Part shown: one piece after another, positions 28,489-36,787 of the stretch
Position numbering within the stretch: the first letter of the stretch is position 1
Layout: the number at the start of each line of letters is the position of its first letter
DNA from: a candidate division NPL-UPA2 bacterium Unc8
Lineage (GTDB): Bacteria > NPL-UPA2
Length of the DNA stretch: 63,205 nucleotides
Assembly (NCBI GenBank): GCA_003574845.1
Contig: NDHY01000001.1
Span: 135,043-198,247 of the forward strand
Direction: 5' to 3'
Notes under the pieces: model-generated
Told to the model about the DNA's origin: nothing
What the model saw: only the letters and a program-made list of their open reading frames with translations
The model's database searches: none
Program-made: the position numbers and the translations under genes

Positions 28489-28941
28489 TTACCCCCTTTT
28501 CACTTTTGCTGCTCTTCCCATCTCCCTTTCTGCTTCTCTCCTGCGCAGTAGCTCTCTTTTGTCATACTGCCTCTTCCCTCTGGAGAGGGCAAGCTCTGCT
28601 TTTGCCAATCCACGCTTGAAGTAAATTTTTAAAGGAATAACCGTTAGCCCCCGCTCGGTTGTTTTCCCCTTTATCCTCTCTATTTCTCTCTTGTGAAGAA
28701 GGAGCTTCCGTCTTCTCCCCGGGTCCTCATCGCGCTCACTATCGCACTCATAAGGGGCTATATAAAGATTATAAATGAAAGCCTCGTCTCCGTCAACTCT
28801 AACAAAGCTATCCTTCAGGCTTACCATGCCACCCCGCAATGATTTTACTTCTGCTCCCCGGAGAGCAATCCCCGCTTCATAGGTTTCCAGTATTTCATAA
28901 TCATACCACGCCCTTTTATTGGTAGCAACGTTTGCAGACAT
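28489..28941 (-). CDS. smpB: SsrA-binding protein
   Basis: NKRAWYDYEILETYEAGIAL, EVKSLR, RKLLLHKREI, GKRQYDKR. Confidence 0.97.
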   Translation of the reverse strand: MSANVATNKRAWYDYEILETYEAGIALRGAEVKSLRGGMVSLKDSFVRVDGDEAFIYNLYIAPYECDSERDEDPGRRRKLLLHKREIERIKGKTTERGLTVIPLKIYFKRGLAKAELALSRGKRQYDKRELLRRREAEREMGRAAKVKRG

Positions 28942-28998
28942 TGACCTTCTATGCTATGATTTTACAACCCGTTTTCAGATAAATCAAGAGAAAGTCCT

Positions 28999-29082
28999 GC
29001 CGAAGTGGTGAAACTGGTAAACACGCTACGTTCAGGGCGTAGTGGGCGCAAGCTCTTCGGGGTTCAAATCCCCGCTTCGGCA
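28999..29082 (+). tRNA. tRNA-Leu(CAG), CCA not encoded
   Basis: GCCGAAG/CTTCGGC acceptor; CTACG-TTCAGGG-CGTAG; variable arm; GGTTCAAATCC. Confidence 0.95.
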
Positions 29083-30251
29083 TCCCCTTTACTGCTTCCC
29101 ATTCCTACTTTTTGCACTGCCTGGAAAATCTTTCCTTCAGTCTGGATTGCCGGGGCAATGATTATCTCGGTTAATTGCATCTCACTGATATTTTTAACGC
29201 CCAGGCTCCCCATTGAAGTTCGCAGCGCCCCGATCAGATTTTGTGAGCCATCGTCCAATCTTGCTGGGCCAAATAAGATTTCTTTCAGGCTTCCCGTTAC
29301 GCCAACGTAAATCCTCGTTCCACGAGGAAGATTGACGTCAGAAGTAGCCATTCCCCAGTGATAACCCTGCCCCGGGGCTTCCTTTGTGCGCGCCAGTGCT
29401 GAACCAATCATCACCGCATCAGCTCCACACGCGAACGCTTTGCATATATCCCCGCCGGTGACCATACCGCCATCAGCAATAATAGGAACGTATTTCCCTG
29501 TCTGCTTGTAATGGAAGTCTCTTGCCGCTGCGGTATCACACACAGCAGTAGCCTGAGGAACCCCTATTCCCAATACACCTCTTGTGGTACAGGCTGCTCC
29601 AGGGCCAATTCCGACGAGAAGACCTGCTATTCCAGTTTTTATTAGAGCCAGTGCAACCTCGTATGTTACGCAGTTACCGGCAATTACAGGAATTCTCATC
29701 ATCTTGCAAAATTTCTCAAGGTCAAGGCTCTTGTAAGTGGAGGAAATGTGTTTCGGCGCCGCTACTGTAGATTGAATAACAAATATATCAGCGCCTGCCT
29801 TCTGGGCAATCTTGCCAAATCTTTCTGCTCGCTGGGGAATTGCCGAGACGGCAGCATAACCACCACCTCTCTTTATTTCCTCTATCCTTTGCGAGATAAG
29901 AGTTTCCTTTATTGGCTTGCTGTAGGCTGCCTGCACCGATTCTATGTCCTTCTCTGAAGCCGGGCTGATGATCTCCTTAATTATCTCCGAAGGGTCATCA
30001 TACCTTGTCTGGATGCCTTCTAAGTTCAGGATGGCCAGGCCGCCAAGATTGCCCATCTCAATGGCAAAGCGGACATCCACCACCCCATCCATCGCTGATG
30101 CCAGGATGGGTATTTCAAGCTCCAGTGTCCCTATCCTCCATGTCAGGTCAGTGTCTTGAGGGTTGATTGTCAAAGACCGCGGAATGAGAGCAATCTCATC
30201 AAATCCATAACACCGCCTTGCTTTTACTCCTCTTCCAATCCACATTCCCAT
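29064..30251 (-). CDS. GuaB3-family IMP dehydrogenase-related protein
   Basis: YGFDEIALIP, ASAMDGVVD, GIGPGAACTTRGVLG, IADGG, HWGMAT; no CBS domains. Confidence 0.9.
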   Translation of the reverse strand: MGMWIGRGVKARRCYGFDEIALIPRSLTINPQDTDLTWRIGTLELEIPILASAMDGVVDVRFAIEMGNLGGLAILNLEGIQTRYDDPSEIIKEIISPASEKDIESVQAAYSKPIKETLISQRIEEIKRGGGYAAVSAIPQRAERFGKIAQKAGADIFVIQSTVAAPKHISSTYKSLDLEKFCKMMRIPVIAGNCVTYEVALALIKTGIAGLLVGIGPGAACTTRGVLGIGVPQATAVCDTAAARDFHYKQTGKYVPIIADGGMVTGGDICKAFACGADAVMIGSALARTKEAPGQGYHWGMATSDVNLPRGTRIYVGVTGSLKEILFGPARLDDGSQNLIGALRTSMGSLGVKNISEMQLTEIIIAPAIQTEGKIFQAVQKVGMGSSKGDAEAGI

Positions 30252-30304
30252 TTAATCTCCTCCTATCAAAAATAGTGCACCAGTTCACCTGAACACCAGT
30301 TTAA

Positions 30305-30424
30305 GAACTAATTCAAAAGTTAAAAGTCAAAAGGCAAAAGTGCAAGTTAAAAGTTAAAAGTTTTTCAAATCAACTTCAAATTTTGAATTTTGCATTGTAA
30401 TTTTGACTTTTGATTTTTGAATTT
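30305..30424. repeat. AT-rich 7-mer-based dispersed element with inverted symmetry
   Basis: aaaagtt/aaaagtc...gcattgtaattttgacttttga; related copies at 31590-31633, 44370-44399 and (reverse) 51296-51390. Confidence 0.8.
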
Positions 30425-30450
30425 ATCTCCTCAGTCTTCAGTCTATTTTC

Positions 30451-31578
30451 CTAATATGCTGAGGTGAGTATGTCTATCAATTCTTCCTCTGTCGCTGGAC
30501 GCGGATTTCCCCTTAAAGAAGCGGCATCCTTTGCATCTTCAGCCATCCCGGGTATACAACCTCTCTCTACCCCTACATCGCTCAAATGCTCCGGCATCTT
30601 CATCTTCTGAAGAAGATTGCGAACAGCCTCCACTGCCATGGCGCCCTTTTTCTCTTTACCAAGGGCAAAGGCAACCTGAGCATATTTCTCCTCCTGTGTT
30701 CCTATATTAAACTCCATAACATAGGGAAGCAGAATTCCGCATGCCACTCCGTGAGAAACTCCAAATTTAGCCCCGAGCGGATGCGCCAGCGCGTGAGCAG
30801 CCCCCAGTCCTGAGTTGGCAAATGACATTCCTGCCACAATGCTTGCCAGGGACATATTCTCTCTCGCATCAATATCTTCCCCATTACAGAAAGCTTTCAT
30901 TATGTTTCCTGCCACTAACTCTATAGAATAAATGGCAAGCGTCTCTGTGATAGGATTTGCAGCATTAGAGACATATGATTCAATGGCATGGGTAAGAGCA
31001 TCTATCCCGCTGTAGCCCGTAACCTCTGGCGGGAGTGAAAGCGTAAGTTCAGGGTCAACAAGTGCCAAATAAGGAGTTAGATATCTGCTGCGCAAACTTT
31101 TTTTTGCCTTGTCCTGGAGATTTCTAAGAACAGAGTTGCTTGTTACCTCGGTCCCGGTGCCAGAAGTAGTGGGAAGAGCAATAAAAGGGATGCCCTCTCT
31201 CTCTATCTCTCGCCCTTCATAGTACTCCCATATAGAACCTTCCTGCCACACTATACCCGCTATTATCTTGGCACAGTCAAGGGCACTCCCACCGCCAAGA
31301 CCAATGACCATATCACATTTTCTCTCTTTTGCCAGCCTGATTCCCTTCTCCACAGTTTCAAGAGAAGGGTCGGGCTCTACTTTATCATAGAGCTCTGTCT
31401 CTATCTGGCAATTTCTTAGCAGAGCAATGACTTTTTCCAATGTACCGGTTTTTCTCATTGCACTGCGCCCGCTGACAAGAAGCGCCCTCTTACCAAGCTC
31501 TCTAACTCTAACTCCAAGCTCCCCGATAGCGCCTTTGCCAAAAACAATCTTGTGTGATAAGCAAAACTCAAATCTCAT
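30451..31578 (-). CDS. Iron-containing alcohol dehydrogenase
   Basis: GLGGGSALD, PTTSGTGTEVT, DALTHAIE, HALAH, HG. Confidence 0.93.
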   Translation of the reverse strand: MRFEFCLSHKIVFGKGAIGELGVRVRELGKRALLVSGRSAMRKTGTLEKVIALLRNCQIETELYDKVEPDPSLETVEKGIRLAKERKCDMVIGLGGGSALDCAKIIAGIVWQEGSIWEYYEGREIEREGIPFIALPTTSGTGTEVTSNSVLRNLQDKAKKSLRSRYLTPYLALVDPELTLSLPPEVTGYSGIDALTHAIESYVSNAANPITETLAIYSIELVAGNIMKAFCNGEDIDARENMSLASIVAGMSFANSGLGAAHALAHPLGAKFGVSHGVACGILLPYVMEFNIGTQEEKYAQVAFALGKEKKGAMAVEAVRNLLQKMKMPEHLSDVGVERGCIPGMAEDAKDAASLRGNPRPATEEELIDILTSAY

Positions 31579-31653
31579 AATTCTCAAGAAAAAAAGTTAA
31601 AAGTTAAAAGGCAAAAGTGCAAGTTAAAAGTTAAGACTTGACCCCTTTCTGGC

Positions 31654-31749
31654 TTATTCTTGGTAGTCGCAGGCTTCAGCCTGCGCCGAAGTAACGCAAC
31701 CTAAAGGTTGCGGCTACCTTCAAGCCTGCTTTTATACCACGTTTTTACT
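31654..31749. repeat. REP doublet copy 2 (lacks intact MITE ends); contains the proS stop
   Basis: Near-identical to 1582-1677. Confidence 0.85.
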
Positions 31750-33037
31750 TGTGCTCTTTGTGCCTCTGTGCCTCTGTGCCTCTGTGCCTCTCTTTAAGGT
31801 CTTTAAGGAGCCTTATTACTTCTCCTGTTGCCTCTGGACGGGGAATGAGGAGTTTTATCTGGTCGCGGCGACGCTTCATCTCAACTTTTTGCTCGGAAAT
31901 CCGTTTGCGGCTGATGATGAGGTGGATAGGAATACCAATCAAATCGGCATCGTTAAATTTTACTCCTGCTCTCTCGTCCCGATTATCCAGGAGAGTCTCA
32001 ATTCCTTTATCTCCTAACTCTTGATAGAGCTGTTCTGACTCTGCAACCGTTGTCTCCTCGCGGTCAAGGCAAAGAACAACTACGGAGTAGGGGGCAACTT
32101 CCAGTGGCCAGATGATTCCTTTTTCATCAGAATTCTGCTCAATGATTGCAGCTACTGTCCTTGTTATTCCAATTCCGTAACATCCCATAAACGGGAGGCA
32201 TTCCTTGCCATTAGGGTCAAGGAATTTAGCGGATAGAGCCTTGCTGTACTTCCTGCCAAGGTTGAATATGTGTCCCACTTCTATTCCTTTTATCTTCGCC
32301 ATCCTGCCACCGCAATCAGGACACTTCTTTGCCGCATCTGCTCCGGTAGCGTAATCACAAGCCTCACAAGCAGCAAGGACATCCTCTCCATTCTCAGCAA
32401 CAGCGATAAATTCTTCGGATTTTTCTCCACCCATTGCCCCGGGGTCAGCTTCAACAATGCGAAAATTAAGCCCGCACCGGCGGAAAATGTTGATGTATGC
32501 TTTACGCATATCGGCATAGCTCTTTCTTGCCATTTCCTCGCCCACATCAAAGCTGTAGGCATCCTTCATAATGAACTCTCTTGCTCTAATCATTCCAAAT
32601 CTCGGTCTCATCTCATCGCGAAATTTTGTCTGTATCTGATATAAGTTAAATGGAAAATCTTTGTATGACCTTGCCTCTCCCCGAACAATGCCGGTAATGA
32701 TTTCTTCATGGGTTGGGGCAAGAACAAATTCCGAACCTTCCCTGTTTTTGAGCTTTAACATACCTAACTCCTGGTCGTTCCAGCGACCGGAGACTTCCCA
32801 CAGCTCTCGCGGCTGTAGGATTGGCATAAGAAGCTCCTGGGCGCCATATTTTTCCATCTCATCTCTGATAATTGTCTCCACCCTGCGAATTACCTTAATT
32901 CCCAGCGGCAGATATGCATAGAGTCCGGCAGCAATCTTTCTTGCTAATCCTGCTCTGAGCATTAACTGATGACTTAAAGCCTCCGCTTCCTGCGGATTTT
33001 CCTTCAGAGTTGGAATTAACGCTCTTTCCCAGCGCAT
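31745..33037 (-). CDS. proS: Proline--tRNA ligase (short form, reduced editing insertion)
   Basis: LAPTHEE, QIQTKFRDEMRPRFG, REFIMKDAYSF, GIEVGHIF, MGCYGIG. Confidence 0.97.
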   Translation of the reverse strand: MRWERALIPTLKENPQEAEALSHQLMLRAGLARKIAAGLYAYLPLGIKVIRRVETIIRDEMEKYGAQELLMPILQPRELWEVSGRWNDQELGMLKLKNREGSEFVLAPTHEEIITGIVRGEARSYKDFPFNLYQIQTKFRDEMRPRFGMIRAREFIMKDAYSFDVGEEMARKSYADMRKAYINIFRRCGLNFRIVEADPGAMGGEKSEEFIAVAENGEDVLAACEACDYATGADAAKKCPDCGGRMAKIKGIEVGHIFNLGRKYSKALSAKFLDPNGKECLPFMGCYGIGITRTVAAIIEQNSDEKGIIWPLEVAPYSVVVLCLDREETTVAESEQLYQELGDKGIETLLDNRDERAGVKFNDADLIGIPIHLIISRKRISEQKVEMKRRRDQIKLLIPRPEATGEVIRLLKDLKERHRGTEAQRHKEHK

Positions 33038-33045
33038 AAGAACCT

Positions 33046-34179
33046 CTATTCCCTTAGCCTTTTTTTATGTTCATCAAGTGCAAAGCGGTCGGTCATTCCT
33101 GCAATGTAATCACAGATAATCCGGCGCAAAGGCTCGCCATTAGCTCTCTTGCAAACCTCAGGAGGAAGTTGATCGGATTCCATGAGATAGGAACGAAAAA
33201 GTTCATTTATGACCCGATGTGCCTTCTCAGCCATTCTGGTAACCCGGTAATGACGGTAGAGATTTCTGGCAAGAAAATCTTTGAGCTGCTTATTTTTTTT
33301 CTCCATCAAAGAACTAAAGGAAACAAGTGGGAAAGAAAGACGCGCAACTTGCCGATGCGAGGTGATATTAGCTTTCTCAATCCTCTTTTCGGTCTCTTTG
33401 ACAAGGTCTATTACCTGAAGATTAATCAATGCTCTTATTATCTGATATCTCTCTCTTTCTTTGCCAGCATTCGGGGACGCCTTCTTAACCTCCTGAAGCA
33501 TCTTATCCCAGAGAGGTATTTTTTGTAGCTCTTTCTCAGTTATCATCCCGGCAGCAAGTCCATCGTCAAGGTCGTGATTGGTATAGGCAATCTCATCAGC
33601 CAGATTTACAACCTGAGCTTCCAGTGTGGGAAAGTTTGCGACCGGGAGATTCTCTGGTTGGTCATAAAGCGTAAAGTGCTTGATAATTCCCTCCCTTACT
33701 TCAAAGGAAAGATTCAGTCCGTTGAAGTTAGGGTAGCGCCTTTCCAGCTTCTCAACCACTCTTAAGCCCTGCCTGTTGTGCTCAAATCCACCATCATTCT
33801 TCATCAACTCTCTCAGTGTCTCCTCCCCGGAGTGCCCGAATGGAGTGTGCCCAAGGTCGTGGGCAAGAGATATTGCCTCTGTCAGGTCCTCATTTAGTCT
33901 CAGCAGGCGGGCAATGGAGCGCGCAATCTGGGAGACTTCAAGGGTATGAGTAAGGCGAGTGCGGTAGTAATCTCCTTCATGATTGACGAAAACCTGAGTT
34001 TTGTACTCAAGACGTCGGAAGGCAGCTGAATGGACAATTCTGTCCCGATCGCGCTGGAAGACAGAGCGGTATTTATCCTCTTTCTCAGGATGAAGTCTCC
34101 CCCTGGTCTCCTTGCTATGCATTGCGTATGGAGCAAGAAGCCTCGTTTCCGCCTCAATTACCCCCAGCCGCGTCAGCAC
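33046..34179 (-). CDS. dgt: Deoxyguanosinetriphosphate triphosphohydrolase
   Basis: FQRDRDRIVHS, RTRLTHTLEV, HDLGHTPFGHSGE, DYIAGMTD. Confidence 0.93.
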   Translation of the reverse strand: MLTRLGVIEAETRLLAPYAMHSKETRGRLHPEKEDKYRSVFQRDRDRIVHSAAFRRLEYKTQVFVNHEGDYYRTRLTHTLEVSQIARSIARLLRLNEDLTEAISLAHDLGHTPFGHSGEETLRELMKNDGGFEHNRQGLRVVEKLERRYPNFNGLNLSFEVREGIIKHFTLYDQPENLPVANFPTLEAQVVNLADEIAYTNHDLDDGLAAGMITEKELQKIPLWDKMLQEVKKASPNAGKERERYQIIRALINLQVIDLVKETEKRIEKANITSHRQVARLSFPLVSFSSLMEKKNKQLKDFLARNLYRHYRVTRMAEKAHRVINELFRSYLMESDQLPPEVCKRANGEPLRRIICDYIAGMTDRFALDEHKKRLRE

Positions 34180-34191
34180 TGTTCTTTTCTC

Positions 34192-34872
34192 TCAAAAAAG
34201 GCCGCTGACAAAATCAACTACTGGTTTTATGAACTCCGGGATAGCGATATCCAGAACGGGCAAAACGAGAATTCCGATGGAAGCAAGGATTATGACAAGT
34301 GAGAGCAAGGAAAGGAAAATAAAAAACGGGCTCTTTCTGGGAGCCAGCTCACGAGGCCCAAAAAGAACTAACTCTTCTCTCTCTGGCTCTACCCCCGGCT
34401 CTGCCTTGGCTTCGTCTTCTGACTCAATTGGTTCAATGCGAAGCCCTTCATCTACAGCGGGTACCGTCTCTTCTATGGGTGGGAGCACTTCCTTTTCCTC
34501 TACTGCTGTTTCCTCATAAGGAATAAGGAGCTCTATTTCCTCCTCTTTTTCTTCCTCCACCACCAGCTCTTCTATGGGTGGGAGCACTTCCTTTTCCTCT
34601 ACTGCTGTTTCCTCATAAGGAATAAGGAGCTCTATTTCCTCCTCTTTTTCTTCCTCTGCAACCAGCTCTTCTATGGAAGGCAATATCTTCATTTCTTCTT
34701 CTTCCAGCTCGGGAGGATACTCCGTTGCATATATAATGATATCTTCTTCGTCAAACTTGCCTTCTTCCTTTTCCTGAAGTTTTCCTTCTTTCACCAGCGC
34801 ATCAAGCCTTTCATCATTTATTTTTAAAATCTTTAATACGTCCTCGCGGGTTAAATAAGTTTCTTCAGCCAT
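34192..34872 (-). CDS. Hypothetical: N-terminal HTH-like segment, acidic repeats, C-terminal TM
   Basis: YLTREDVLKILKINDERLDALVKEGKL; Glu-rich 33-aa repeat; hydrophobic tail. Confidence 0.6.
   Translation of the reverse strand: MAEETYLTREDVLKILKINDERLDALVKEGKLQEKEEGKFDEEDIIIYATEYPPELEEEEMKILPSIEELVAEEEKEEEIELLIPYEETAVEEKEVLPPIEELVVEEEKEEEIELLIPYEETAVEEKEVLPPIEETVPAVDEGLRIEPIESEDEAKAEPGVEPEREELVLFGPRELAPRKSPFFIFLSLLSLVIILASIGILVLPVLDIAIPEFIKPVVDFVSGLF
34468..34676. repeat. 99-bp coding tandem repeat (about 2.1 copies)
   Basis: ttctatgg recurs at 34471, 34570, 34669; unit IEELV(A/V)EEEKEEEIELLIPYEETAVEEKEVLPP. Confidence 0.9.
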
Positions 34873-34883
34873 AGCTTTCTCCG

Positions 34884-35828
34884 TTATCTGATAATTTTAA
34901 TCTTATCCCCTCTTCTGATTCCTCTTACATCCGGTACTTCCACAGTAACGCTCAGGTAGATTTTCTCCGGAATTATTCTTCCAACCAATGCTCCCTTACG
35001 GTAAATAGAGACGTCCGGCCATAATGAAGCTGCTGTGCCCAGATCTACATTTAAAAAATTAGGAGCGATGGCATCCGTTACTTTTCCATTTTCAACAAAG
35101 GCTATGATATCTTCTGCCTCCGGGAGAAGAAAAACTTCTGCTTTATCATTTTCCCTTATCCCGTCAAGCGAGATCCCTGGAGGAACACGGACAAGAAGCG
35201 TTGCGTGAGATACTCCTTTTATTGAAAGCTCACGCACCATTCTCCCTCTTCTAAAGAGCTCTATCCGTAATGGCCCGGCTACCAAATCACCAATTCCAAT
35301 GGCAAGAAAATCAGGCGGGTGGACGACAACTACTTTCCCCGTAAACATTGTCGGGTCCTGTGCCGGAGTCATTGCCAGCACCTGGAGCTTATGTCTTGCT
35401 ATTACCGTGCGCAGCTCTGTCTCTAACAATCCAAGCTCCATTTTATGCCTCTCTTTAATGTCTGCTTTTTCCTCTGTTAATTTCTCTGTTCCCTTCTTTA
35501 ACTCACTGCTCCTTTTCCTTTCTTGCTCAAGGCTGGAGGTTATTTCTTCAATCTTGACTCTTAGCTCATCAGCGAGCCTCTCCATCTTCTCTTTTTCACT
35601 AATTGCCTCAAGGCGCGCCGCTTTATCCTCAACTATTTTTATCTTGAGCTCGTCTCTCTCTGTTGTGAGCTCTTCATGCCTCTCCTGGAGCTTCTGGTAC
35701 TCCTCCCGGGCAGTTCTCCGCTCCATCTCCCATCCCTCAATAATACCTACTACCCTGAGTGAGAGAGCAAGAATTACAATGCTGATAATAAAGGATATAA
35801 TAACTCTCATCTTTTCCAATTTAGTCAT
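34884..35828 (-). CDS. Hypothetical membrane-anchored coiled-coil protein with repeated C-terminal beta domain
   Basis: TM, long heptad region, two GKV...F(L)...(I/L)G...R.G..V segments. Confidence 0.6.
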   Translation of the reverse strand: MTKLEKMRVIISFIISIVILALSLRVVGIIEGWEMERRTAREEYQKLQERHEELTTERDELKIKIVEDKAARLEAISEKEKMERLADELRVKIEEITSSLEQERKRSSELKKGTEKLTEEKADIKERHKMELGLLETELRTVIARHKLQVLAMTPAQDPTMFTGKVVVVHPPDFLAIGIGDLVAGPLRIELFRRGRMVRELSIKGVSHATLLVRVPPGISLDGIRENDKAEVFLLPEAEDIIAFVENGKVTDAIAPNFLNVDLGTAASLWPDVSIYRKGALVGRIIPEKIYLSVTVEVPDVRGIRRGDKIKIIR

Positions 35829-35945
35829 TTTTTCTCCAATTAACTCCTTTACATAAAGAAGTAACATCTACCAACCTTGCTTACTTGAGTGAGTTTAACA
35901 TACTCCTCAATCATAAGCAAGTTATTATTCATAAATAATCGCTTT

Positions 35946-36110
35946 TTATCTTTTCTCATTGGCTTCTTCCCTCGTGGGCTCGCTTATTCGGTATTTCCCG
36001 TCCAGCCAGTCTCCAAGGTCAGCTAACCGACAGCGGGAAGAGCAAAATGGAAAGTATTTATTATTGTCATTCTGGTACGACTTCTTACAAATCGGGCACC
36101 TGGGTTTCAT
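35946..36110 (-). CDS. yacG: DNA gyrase inhibitor YacG (not in ORF track)
   Basis: MKPRCPICKK...YFPFCSSRCRLADLGDWLDGKYRI. Confidence 0.9.
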   Translation of the reverse strand: MKPRCPICKKSYQNDNNKYFPFCSSRCRLADLGDWLDGKYRISEPTREEANEKR

Positions 36111-36114
36111 AAAA

Positions 36115-36339
36115 TTAATTACATGTATTGCAGTTCTTGCTGGAGCAGGTAGAACAATTAGAACTACCGGAAGGTCCTACTGCTACCGACCCGGATCTAA
36201 ACCCAAAGAGAGAGGGGACTCGCTCCATTTTTTCCTTCCCGCAAGAGGGGCATGGGACCTTCCTGCTCCCGTTGAAAGAGTGGAAAAAAGCCTCAAGCCT
36301 CTCTTTACAATCCGAACACTGAAACTCGTAAATCGGCAT
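36115..36339 (-). CDS. FmdB-family zinc-ribbon protein
   Basis: MPIYEFQCSDC...CPSCG...CSTCSSKNCNTC. Confidence 0.88.
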   Translation of the reverse strand: MPIYEFQCSDCKERLEAFFHSFNGSRKVPCPSCGKEKMERVPSLFGFRSGSVAVGPSGSSNCSTCSSKNCNTCN

Positions 36340-36347
36340 TTTACTCA

Positions 36348-36420
36348 AGCGGGCAAGGGGATTCGAACCCCTGGCATTCAGCTTGGGAAGCTGACATTCT
36401 ACCAACTGAATTATGCCCGC
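36348..36420 (-). tRNA. tRNA-Gly(CCC), CCA not encoded
   Basis: GCGGGCATAATTCAGTTGGTAGAATGTCAGCTTCCCAAGCTGA...GGTTCGAATCC. Confidence 0.95.
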
Positions 36421-36440
36421 ACTTTAACCGCACCCCCATC

Positions 36441-36770
36441 TCATCTTCCCCTTATCTCAGTGATGGGGAGCGTGAAGAGGATGCTGCCTCCTGACTCACT
36501 AAATGGTCCGCAGATCTCCTCAATGACCATGGCAGCCTCAGTAAACTTTTCATCGTCAATAATGGCAAAGATTGTTTTGCTGTATGGCCTCTCTCCTCCT
36601 CCTCCTAAGAGATGACGCAGCCCGGCAAAAATAGGAACATCATGAACTAACACTTCCCCCATTCCAGCACTATCAATAATTGTTGCCTCAGTTATGCCGA
36701 GTTCAACAAAAGCAGATAAGACATCATCCAGGCATTCTTCTTGATTAAGAACCAGTATTAAAAGTTGCAA
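36441..36770 (-). CDS. P-II-like small regulatory protein
   Basis: ELGITEATIIDSAGMG, PIFAGLR, GSILFTLPI. Confidence 0.65.
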   Translation of the reverse strand: MQLLILVLNQEECLDDVLSAFVELGITEATIIDSAGMGEVLVHDVPIFAGLRHLLGGGGERPYSKTIFAIIDDEKFTEAAMVIEEICGPFSESGGSILFTLPITEIRGR

Positions 36771-36787
36771 TAACTCCCTCCTTCATA

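Noticed and set aside
29005-29310. 101-aa ORF
   Set aside because: Overlaps tRNA-Leu and is antisense to GuaB3.
36340-36405. N-terminal extension of the FmdB ORF
   Set aside because: Mostly tRNA-Gly sequence; the real start is ATG 36339.
35959-36615. 218-aa plus-strand ORF
   Set aside because: Antisense to yacG, the FmdB gene, tRNA-Gly and the P-II-like gene.
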